A stretch of 64,000 bases of DNA from Balanoglossus misakiensis (taxonomy: Eukaryota; Animalia; Hemichordata): the NCBI GenBank assembly GCA_040954595.2, contig CM082576.2:18523028-18587027 (forward strand), given 5' to 3'. Of this stretch, positions 1 to 10,797 are shown piece by piece; the stretch's first letter is position 1, and each line of letters opens with the position of its first letter. Position numbers and translations under genes: made by a program. The notes under the pieces were generated by a model, which saw only the letters and a list, made by a program, of their open reading frames with translations, made no database searches and was not told the DNA's origin.

Positions 1-558
1 CTCGCTGCCCTTTTCCCATTAATATTATGTTTCATTCAAGACACTGTTTATGTTAATGTACATGTGGATATATACTGAATGAACATTCAACCACACACAC
101 CTTCCATCCCGCTTGTAGACACGAGAGTGAAAAACCTTGCCAAAATGAACAATCGGTCTCTACCATTTATTCATTTTGGGCGAGTTTTTACTCTCATATA
201 CAAGCATGGTGGAACTTGTGTGTGGTTGAACGTTCATTCACTACATATACACATGTACATTAACATAAATGGTGTTTTGTATCAAACACAAAAAGAAAAA
301 GGGCAGCGAGTGAGAGACCTTTTTAGAAAGCCATAAAACATGTGGGATATCCGAGAATAGTTCTATTATTTGTAAAAATGGAGGTTGCTCGTCACAAAAA
401 ATAACAGAACCTGCTTGACAGAAAAGTTCCATGAAAAAGACAGGGCATGTATAGATGTAATTTTTGATGCTTTGATACTATATTTTAGATTAGTTTTTCC
501 TGTCCCAAAACACCATGCAATCTGTTGTATTATGTCTGCATATAATCAACAGTAATTG

Positions 559-3500
559 TTATTGAAAAGAAATAAAAGTGTGAGTTAAAATATTTGGGAC
601 TAAATTGCACTGCAGATACCTTGAAATCATCCTGGGTATCAGAGTTAAAAACTCTATTGCTTCCTCATGTCTCTGCCACAATGCACCTTCTCCTGGCAGC
701 AAGAAATCTGCAATCCTTTCATAGTGGCTTTGCAGTAGTGTTGGTCGTCGCAGTATTTCGTCCTCAGGGATTACTGTATTCTGACGTTTTGGGAGCTGCT
801 TTTCAATTTTGCTAATTTCAGATTCTATAATTTGTGATGGATCTCTTTCTTTTGTCATCTCTTCTTCTGCACCTAGACGTATCATGGCATTACCTATGAT
901 ACCACCTGGACGCTTGGAGGAAGTTGTTTTCGTCACTCTCCGTATTCGATTGAAAACTCGCTCCTGCTTTTCAGCATTTGTTGACCTCAGAGAAACCAAT
1001 CTCAGTTGATCAGGTAGATGGACGGTGATGTTATGGAAATACCGCCCGAACATCTTTCGTTTGGTAAGTTTCTTTGGCTTCTCAAATACCCTTTTGCACA
1101 ATATTCCATGCAAAAATACAGTGTTATACAATCGCAGAATCAGTCGTGGGCATCTGTCATTGTCATGTTTATAAGCAGTTTCGCTTATTTCAGCAAGCGT
1201 GTCAATAAGCTGACCGTGCTCAGTATTTATGTTGTTCTCGTGAAGATACTGGGACACCAGAAGGATAGCTTTGCGTGCATCACATCCCCGAATTTCGTCT
1301 TTACCACCATATGTTGCCTGAATAAAGTTCTGTAACTTTACTGCTTCTTCTTTATCCTTGGTTTGTGCTGGAATTTCTTCTAACACATTGTGGATGTGTC
1401 CCTTCAGGTCATGGAGTGGCTCTGATGGCAAAATTTCATATGCAGAGCAGTTTATTTCAGCAAATTTATATTCTGGAGTGAGATGGAGCAGTGCTGGTAC
1501 TCTCTGCATACCATGTAAAATTTCAGAGAGTTTAGATTGTAAGTCTGGCTTCTTTAATCCTTCAGTTTCTTCACCCCTAGCATCAAGCTCTCTCCTAAGG
1601 TCGGCCACTGTTAAGTTGGCAAATGGATGGGGAGTTTGCCGTGACTTTTCTCTACATATTGGGCTGCCCTTGATTAACAAGTTACGTTTCTCATCTATTG
1701 ACAGATATTTCAGATGGTAACATGCAGACAGATCATCATGTCTTCTTGACTCTATTCCACAGATGCACTGGTAGTGACCTCCTTTCTGGTGCTAATCCTC
1801 AAACTCCTGTGCCGGTCCATCGCCATGAAAAAATCGGTGGACATCTGTGTATTCCCTGGAACCTTCATCGGATGTTATTGGTCCTGTTGCACATTTTAGA
1901 TCTTCTACTCTGGTTTCAACATATGACAGCTGATCAACGTCATTGGAGTTGGATCGTCCCATTATATATAGATGTGGCTTCTCAACAAGCGAGTCAACGT
2001 TTACTTTTTTTCCGTGTTTCTCCAAGTACTCCTCATTTGTCAGATATGTTGCCGCGTCGTATATCCAGCTCACCATGAAGACAATGTGGGAATGGTTGCC
2101 TACAGTACTGTGGTCATGCCATATTTTGAAGTGCCGTGAGTGATGTAGTCTTTTTAATTTACTGCGCATTTCATCGATGGTTTCTCCTTCTTTCAACTCG
2201 TGTATTCTTTGTAGCTCATCCCTTATTTCTTTTTCTTCTAGGTTTTGGTAATGACCGTCGTCATACCCATAAACATGGCTTCTCAGAACACCAAGCTTAA
2301 TTTGTCTGTCAAGCTCTCGTTTTCGGATTGTCTGTAAGTTTATTTTTCTAGCGTAGATTGTATAAGTTTCTTCTTTTAATTTGCCATCTTTTCCAATGGT
2401 CATCTTTTGGAACTCTTTTGGTGCTATTAATTCACCGATGTCGATTTCGCCACTTCTTATTTTTGTTTTCAATATTTCTTGCAGGGCTCTTGCTGGTCGG
2501 TGTTGAGGAAGTGACACCTCCCCCAAGACCTTTCAATGTTTTACGGTGTACTCTTCTGACAAAATCTCGACCTTGAACCTTCTTATTGATATTGAACTTG
2601 TCAGTGTCGATGCCAGCTGAGGTTGCGTACTCTTTCAGTATTTGGCCACCATTTGCAGCTGTTAGCCCGTACTTTCTCGCAAGGCTACTCCAGTTGACCT
2701 TGCCAGCATCATAATTGGAAAGTTCACTTACAAATGAGCTTTTGTCCCATTCAACAGACTCTGTTTTTACAACATGGTCTTTTGGTGTCAGCTTGTTGAG
2801 GGATTCTAGTTGTAGACGGCGATTTACTCGCTTCTTGGCAGAATCGGTAGACTCAAAGTCAACAGACCGTCAACATGATTCGTAGCAAGCAAATGACTGA
2901 CCGGATCCTAGGATTGTTTTTAAATCTCCGTCATTTTTAGCATGGGATTTTTCGATGCTTTGCTTGACATTAGTATAAAGTGCTCGTCTGTCTTTCTTTT
3001 TCTGTTCTTTGCTGATTTTTGTCTGTAGCTTGAACCCCGGAACTTTGAGAAGCGCTTCACTGAAAGGTGTTGAGTACACTTTATTGTATGACTCCTCTAC
3101 TCGCTGATATAGCTGTCCGGCAGTTCTTACGGCAGATTTAAGAGGGACAGTCAGCTTTGTCTCATGTGGATTTTGTAGTTGTTGCATCTCTCCCATTGCA
3201 TCTTCAATTACCTCAACAGTCGAGAAGGGAAGACTTTTGATATGTTTCTGATAGTACTTGTTCAAAAGTAGAACATCAACATTGCTACTTTGGCACTCTT
3301 GACAGTCAAGTGCTGTGTGTAGGATTTGCCTTGATAAAGGCAGTTTTTGCCAACTAGTTGCAGAAAAATGCTGTAGAAATACTGACATTTTTCCTGGAAT
3401 TCAACCATTGAACTGAAGCACTTAGTGTTTTCTCAAATCGTGGCAGTTTAAATTTAAACTGGTAACTTGCATATTTCTGCTGTTAGCCATGATATCCTGA

Positions 3501-3676
3501 TATTTGGCATACCTTTGTCCAATGGATATGTTGTAAACAGGCATAAATCTTGATGTATTTTCAGCCTTTTCCTGAGTAGACTTTTCGGAATTAGAAAGCT
3601 CTTTTGTTGCTCTTGCAGCTATGGCCATAAAATAACCACAAAATGCCATGATGACATGCCAACTGAACAAGTGCAT
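559..3676 (-). pseudogene. RAG1/Transib-fold DDE transposase-like gene (~1000 codons) with internal SAP domain, disrupted
   Basis: ORFs 3422-3676, 2870-3388, 1792-2526 and 559-1680 join through in-frame stops (TGA 2870-2872, TAG 1792-1794) and frameshifts (~2522, ~3400). Ordered motifs WHDHS, FFHGDG, GGHYQCIC, PLHDLKGH, YFHNITVH, NAEKQE mirror the RAG1 core (D600, D708, ZnB Cys pair, LH, His pair, E962). SAP-like NLTVADLRRELDARG...KKPDLQSKL. No TIRs identified. Confidence 0.7.
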
Positions 3677-6600
3677 ACCTCCAAATAACAGCTGAAGGGA
3701 TCATCTGCTGCAATTTGAATATGGCGCCAATTTTACATGAACAAAGGAAAAGTTGAACTTTGACCTTTCAAGACGCACTATTTTGATGGGGTAAAATGAA
3801 AACCATGTACTCACCAGATTGAAGTTGAAATAAAGGTTTATTTCCCTCATATAATGTTGTCATGGCTTGTTAAATAAGTGAATGAGTGACAGTAATTACT
3901 ACTTGTGGCTAAAAATCATCCCAAACTGATTGGGAATTATGTATGTTCACGATTTTCTGAACACTAAAATGATCTTGAACGCGGGCGGGCGCTAATGGTA
4001 GCGTCCATGTCAGTTGCTAGGATACGCGTATACGATCAGCTGATTTTACCCACAATGCATCACGCCAACTAAGGCATTACGTAATGGCACCCCTGGACGA
4101 GCGTCCCAGGGTAAGGATAATTTACGAGGCGGAAAATACGAAAAATCCACCGCTAAACAGCTTTATTTTCTGACACCTCTGGTCGTAATCGAAGGTTAAC
4201 ATGTTCGCCCATTTCAAGATTACGATACTGTGTTTGAAAACGAAGTTAATGATTCAGCATAACCCTATAAATGTTGGAATTTTGGCTGCCGGTCAATGGG
4301 TAGTCGATAATCTACATCGTCAAAATATTATGGCAGCGAAATACACTACAGTATGAGTCCTATCAGAGAAAGTTGACGGGTCATAAGGTGAAACTAAAAA
4401 ATAATAATGGGATTGTGAGCATCTAGCGGTGGATTTTTGGCCTTCTTTTAAGAATATCATTTTCGACCCCCAAAATGCCACTATTTGTCACATGATAATA
4501 GTTTTGGAGGTTTTCTCGGAAATGTCTCATTTTATTTGCTTGTCTTGAACATGAATTACATCAACTGATTGGCTGGTGTGGTTACAATTGTTTATTATGC
4601 TCGATTAGGACGTTAGCCAATCACATGAAGCAACATCTGCATGATACTATCGAATCAGAGCGCGAGCTCAAACGGATTAGGAGAGACATCTTGACCGCGT
4701 CTCTGAAAAGCCAAAGGTCATTGTTTAAATGATAAAAAGGATTTAGCAAAGTTCACATCAAAATAGAGGAAAAATATGCACCTATCTATTATGTTGTTGA
4801 TTGATTCATTCCAAGGTGTACATTAAGAACTGTCCCTCATTTGACTTAATAATCCAAATTACACAAACAATAAACGCATAAATTTATTGTTATTAATGAA
4901 AATACTGGTAGAGTTGATAAGCTGAATACTGGACATTTAAGCATATCTCAATTTGCAAATATAGAACTGGAAGTGAACATAGTATCAATACCCAAACAAC
5001 ATGAAAATCACGCACCCTTTTTTAAAACTCTAGACCAAGGTAAAATAATTGCCTGAACATTTTTCATCAGATCCCTTCTATATTTCCAAACAATTCTTGA
5101 ACACAAATCCAAAATCCAATGGTCACATAATCTAATCCAAACACACCCTTCAAATAAATCTATGTCATATAATCCAATCAAAGCACATATTTCAAATACA
5201 TTTACATCCAACAATTGTGGAATTAGAAAATGTGGAATTGAAAGTCTCTAGAGCTGCCACTTTTTAGCATTAATTTCCAACTTAAATTAGTCCATCTAAA
5301 TAAGCTTACTTAGGTATACATGAACACCTTATCGATGCCCGATTATGACTGCATGTTGCAATTTGAACACTTTTGTATTAAAACGGTGCCGCACCTATTT
5401 CATCAGCCTCCATACAAACAGTACGCAGCTATCGTGGTTTGCGTTGCCAAAAGATGACAAACTGATGCAAATGCGAGTAATATGGCTTAAGTTGAGGATT
5501 TAGAGGATAGGGAATATATTTGAAGTATTTTATTGTTGAAAAATGTGAAATTTGGCAGCTATACAGGCTTTAATAGACAGGCATTGAAATGACTTTACAA
5601 ACAAATTTTTCTTGAATGTTTAAGACAGACAGAATCAACCCACAGTCAGCCTCAAATATATAAACTATTACAAAATGTTAATTAAATGGAAAATTTTGAA
5701 AAAATTTGCTTGGCCACTCATTTGATTGCATTTTTTCCATTTCATATTTTAGGCATGGTATATCAATATAATTTGTTGTGTTGTGTATATATTATGCTTG
5801 AAAACCAATTGACGGAAATATTAATTTAGAATAATGGTTATATTTTGAGAAATCACAAAGATTTCTACATCACTCCCACATCATTGGTTGCTTAGCAACA
5901 GACATTCACCCTCCAAGCAAATTAATATCCTTTGAGAAGTATCATGTGGAGAGGATCATGCAGTCACATAATCTTTGATTTGTACCATCCACCATTTCAT
6001 TGTAGGCTTTATCATAAAGGTGTTGTTTGGATTTCTGGCAGTTTGTAAGGTGATATGAGAAATGCATTCCTTTCTGGCAAAAGACAACAACGTGTACTGC
6101 AAATTAATAGCTGGAATCATGATGATGATGATGATGATAATAAATATTATTTTTTTAAAAACAATATTTTGAAAATGACTGTAAAAGAGATCGCCCAGCG
6201 TCTCTCTCATATACAGGAGTGACGTCGTAAAGACACACAGCTCTGCCCAGCATAGCTCTGGACTTATACGCTGTTTGGGTCAACGCTGCTCTCCGTCCCC
6301 ACAGCTATGGAGCCATCCATAGGAAAATCCGTTGGGTGCGGAGCAAAATGATACGCACCGATTTTCAAACAATAAACTACATGAACATGTACATAATGTT
6401 GTCAGAAATAAAGATCGAACGAAAATTTCACAAATGGGAACCTACTTGACGTGTTTGTCGCCGAATCGTAAACGTCGTTAATGCAGCGCCGTAAAACTGG
6501 TGACCCTCCCATACAAACATGGACGTTCGCCTTCATTTAAGTCATGTGATCAACACGTGACACGTGTTTTACTATGCCAAGCAGAGCTACATGGTGCCTG

Positions 6601-6778
6601 CAAACTGCATGTGGCTAAAACGGCACATATTCTAAGTTGTGCGTTTAATGTATCAGTAGAACAATACCTTCATTTTGCAGCTGTGTTGTTTTCATGTTCG
6701 CGGAAAACTTCTTTGCCACCATCGGTTTAAAACTATGAAAGCCAGTTGGGGACATGTACATACGCAATAAATAAAAAA

Positions 6779-7271
6779 TTATCTCGAGATCTCGAGATAA
6801 TTCCATTCGTTTTCCTGACTTTTTATTTTTTTATCTCGAGATCTCGAGATAATTCAAGTTCGTTTTCCTGACTTTTTATTTTTATATCACGAGATCTCGA
6901 GATAATTCCATTCGTTTTCCCGACTTTTATTTTTTTATCTCGAGATCTCGAGATAATTCAAGTTCGTTTTCCTGACTTTTTATTTTTTTATCTCGAGATC
7001 TCGAGATAATGCTATTCGTTTTCCCGACTTTTTATTTTTTTATCTCGAGATCTCGAGATAATTCAAGTTCGTTTTCCTGACTTTTTATTTTTTTATCTCG
7101 AGATCTCGAGATAATGCTATTCGTTTTCCCGACTTTTTATTTTTTTATCTCGAGATCTCGAGATAATTCAAGTTCGTTTTCCTGACTTTTTATTTTTTTA
7201 TCTCGAGATCTCGAGATAATCCTATTCGTTTTCCCGACTTTTTATTTTTTTATCTCGAGATCTCGAGATAA
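6779..7271. repeat. Left TIR array: 10 copies of palindrome TTATCTCGAGATCTCGAGATAA, period 52-53 bp
   Basis: Palindromes at about 6779, 6831, 6883, 6935, 6988, 7040, 7093, 7145, 7198 and 7250, with near-identical linkers. Confidence 0.95.
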
Positions 7272-7710
7272 TTCTCTCGAAAGAGGGCGGTGTGTTGGTA
7301 GGGGGACTGTCCAGAGAGGACCATGCATCGATATCGGTCCAGAGAGGGACATGCATCGATATCGGTACGGAGAATTGGCAAGCAAGCACTCGGTGTATTC
7401 AATAGTAGGAGTGATCGTCGGTTTCAGAGCTGCATGCTGCATCGTATCATCAGACTGAGTGCATGAGTCTTGGTAATTAGTTGACATTTCAACTTCGTAA
7501 TATTTATAATTACTAGTTATACGTACTGGGACAAATTACCGAAGTCTTGGCCTGAGATTACTTTCCAAGTTGGCAAGAAAACTGACTCAGTGGTAAAGTT
7601 ACTAAACAATTGGTTTCAATATTATACTTTATTCATTATCATTATACGATAATTCCTTTTATCTAATGCGACAATTAACATTCCTCCTCTATCGAACAGA
7701 TAACGTCACC

Positions 7711-9678
7711 ATGGAAAGAGATGATATAATCCGTATCTATTTCAACATGGGCTTCAACTACAGTGAAATCCTGGCTACTTTAGCTGTCAATCATAACGTT
7801 GTCATTAGTATGCGTCATCTTAAAAGATTACTGAAGAAACTCGGACTTTTCAGACGGAAGTACCATTCAGACATCAATGAGGTAATAACATTTCTGAGAG
7901 AAGAGGTTGACAAATCTGGAAGACTCCACGGCTATCGGTGGATGCATTTAAAGTGTGTCCAGAGAGGATTGGTTATCGACAGGGAGAGTGTGCGGTTGTT
8001 ACTCCAGATCATTGACCCCATAGGTGTGGAATTAAGAAAGAGACGTCGTCTACGCCGTCGCCAGTATGGGTCTCCTGGGCCGAACTATATGTGGCACCTA
8101 GATTCGTATGACAAACTTTCCCCTTACGGAATAGCAATCAATGGGTGTATAGACGGGTTTTCCAGGCGTGTAATTTGGGCTCAAGCTTATCACACCAACA
8201 GTGATCCGAAGATTATAGCAGGGTACTTCATCAAAGAAGTTGAAAGTCTGAAATCTTGCCCCCAAAACATGCGAGCGGATAGAGGCACAGAAAATGGACA
8301 TGTTGAACAGTTCCAGAAGTTTCTAACAAATGATGACAACTGCTTTTATTATGGCAGCAGTCAACTCAACCAACGCATAGAACGATGGTGGGGTACATTT
8401 CGCCAACACTGTGGACAGTTTTGGTTGGATCTTTTCTACAAACTAAAGGATGATGGAGTCTTCAGTGGTGATTATCTTGATAAAGATCTGGTCAGATTTT
8501 GCTTCCTGAAAATGATACAGGTAAGAAGAAGAATTTGGGACTTAAAAAATAATTGTCTTTCCTCAATCTGTTACACTATCACTTATACTGTATATACTTT
8601 AAATACTTATACAGAAAATATTGCTAGGATTGATATTATATAGTGAAAACGTACAATACAATAAAATATAAGAAGTCCCATGTATAAACTGACTAACAAT
8701 AACCCTACGCTCTTCCAAATGGGAGGAGTATAAAAAAGAACGTTTTTATGTATTAAAAAGAAAGGACTGCTCACATATTTTGGTTTAAACCTTCAAATAC
8801 AAAGTAAAAAAGGCTTAAAATGTGCTGTACATGTGTTGATATGTATCATGATGAACACAAATCACAACCTGCAATGCATTGTGTGTGTGATTTAAGACTG
8901 TCCTTGTCTACTTATTCCAATTGTCCATTTTATGCACCTCTATCCTGCATGCATATGTTGGACAACATTTTAGACTTTCCACTCCTTCGACAAATACCTT
9001 ACTATTAATCTCGGATCGAATACTGTTGGTGTGATAAGCCTCATCATAAATTACACGCCAGCTGGTAAACCCGTCTATACACCAATTGATAATCTAATAT
9101 ATGTACATTGTTATAATTATAATATTTGTAATTTTATTCCGTTTGTTTGGTTATATTTCACTACAATAAATTAATTTTAGGTGTACCTTCCCGTCTGAAG
9201 AGTTCATGTAGATGAGGTGTCACCATGTATGTATCTTTTAGATATCCTATAGTACCTAGGGACTATGTTTAACTGATGCATGTATTAAACTGCTAACATT
9301 GAACTTCCTCATACATTTTGTGCCTGTCATTTTATAATTCAGGATGAACTGGATGATGCTGTAATGGAATGGAATTGTCACAGGATCAGTCGTTCACGTA
9401 ACGCAGTCTCTCCCATCGGGCGACCTCACATGATGTTCTTTGTCCCGGAGATGTATGGAAGTCATGATTTCGGATCAACTGTTTCTCAGGAACAGATTAA
9501 CACATGCCGAGAGGAATGTGTGTTCAAAGGAGCGTGCCCCTGTGATGAAGATTTATTCGAGTACTGTGTCTCATACATGGTCGACAACAATATGCATTTA
9601 CCTTCTGACCCATATTCTGCTGTGGAATTGTACGTGAATCTCCGAAATTCTATAAAATATGAATCCTTATCTGACTAG
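7711..9678 (+). CDS. IS3EU-like DDE transposase (HTH/Clr5-like N-terminus plus rve integrase core), ~381 aa, 2 coding exons
   Basis: Exon 7711-8520 (donor CAG|GTAAGA) joins exon 9343-9678 (acceptor TTCAG|GAT) in phase 0 with no stops. Motifs WHLDSYDKL, GCIDGFSR, RADRGTEN, NQRIERWW, WNCHRI. Confidence 0.9.
8915..9090 (-). other. Degenerate antisense copy of the transposase catalytic-core exon inside the transposase intron
   Basis: Reverse complement of 9067-9083 equals 8144-8160 (17/17) and of 9022-9039 equals 8185-8202 (18/18). Colinear gapped similarity covers about 8137-8310. Confidence 0.85.
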
Positions 9679-10202
9679 CAAGACCTTACTGTAAAAGGAA
9701 ATTATTATACATCACCCAAACAACAACAACAATGTCACTTCCATGCAAGGAACTGGATGAATTAAAGAAAGATATTTGTCAACACAACAAAGTTTTATTA
9801 ACTTTCAGAACATAATGACAATATTGTTCATCTTCAACACTGAAGTAATATGAAACTATGGCACAGACTTTGTGTTAATGTTAGATCTAATTCTGTAAAG
9901 TATAATACTGTCAACGCAAATAAAAGCTGAAATACAACAACTTTGTGGCTCAACTGTTTGCACCTTAAAACCACATGATGCCCAGGCTTGGTTGTAGATG
10001 TAAATATGTAAACAAACAAACAAACATGTTAATAAAGAAACTAAGTATACAGACGATAAGTGACAAGTAAAGCACTGATCTTCTTTGGTAGAGTGGAACA
10101 GAGACTACTCCTAGTTGTTTGTTTACATTATATCTACACCAATAACCAAGCCTGGTCATCCTGTGCTTTAACCATTATGTCACACACTGTGTCACATAGT
10201 AA

Positions 10203-10409
10203 CTGAATAAGTAACTGAATAACTCCCCACAACAGGCTGAATAAGTAACTGAATAACTCCCCACAACAGGCTGAATAAGTAACTGAATAACTCCCCACAA
10301 CAGGCTGAATAAGTAACTGAATAACTCCCCACAACAGGCTGAATAAGTAACTGAATAACTCCCCACAACAGGCTGAATAAGTAACTGAATAACTCCCCAC
10401 AACAGGCTG
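10203..10409. repeat. 34-bp minisatellite, ~6 copies (CTGAATAAGTAACTGAATAACTCCCCACAACAGG)
   Basis: Direct tandem copies starting at 10203, 10237, etc. Confidence 0.95.
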
Positions 10410-10797
10410 CAATAACACATCAAGTATTTAGCTTCTCCATATATTAGATAATATGTGTAAACTTTTAACGTAATCAATGATAAAACAATTTGTAGGAAAT
10501 ATGACAGTAAATGGCAACTGTATGAACATTTAAAGAAAACACTGAAAATAGTGCAAAGTTACAGGCGCATCCCTTAATGAATCCACATAAATTCACCTCT
10601 TCCATGCAGCAAAGAGGTGACTTCTGACACGTCAGGTTCATCATTGACATAATCATTACTTTGCATACCAAGTGACTTTACACAAGTATTCCCTGTATTC
10701 TTTCTATCAATGTAAGCCAAACACAACAATATTGTCCCTTTAATTCATGTAATAACTCACCATTGCTGTTCTACCAATGGAAACAATATCAATGGTC

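Noticed and set aside
4046-4059. CACAATG as a Transib/RSS heptamer for the RAG1-like gene
   Set aside because: Wrong orientation for that end, no partner TIR, nonamer or 5-bp TSD found; it fits a Staf/ZNF143-like promoter motif better.
6779-7271. CRISPR-like appearance (palindromic repeat with regular spacing)
   Set aside because: Linkers are near-identical rather than unique spacers, the array is mirrored at 21016-21458 as part of TIRs, there are no cas genes, and the context is eukaryotic.
7666-8643. 325-aa single-exon ORF as listed in the ORF track
   Set aside because: It runs into introns at both ends; the spliced 7711-8520 + 9343-9678 model restores the conserved C-terminal WNxH motif.
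10134-10477. Repetitive ORFs (94 and 100 aa)
   Set aside because: Translations of the 34-bp minisatellite.
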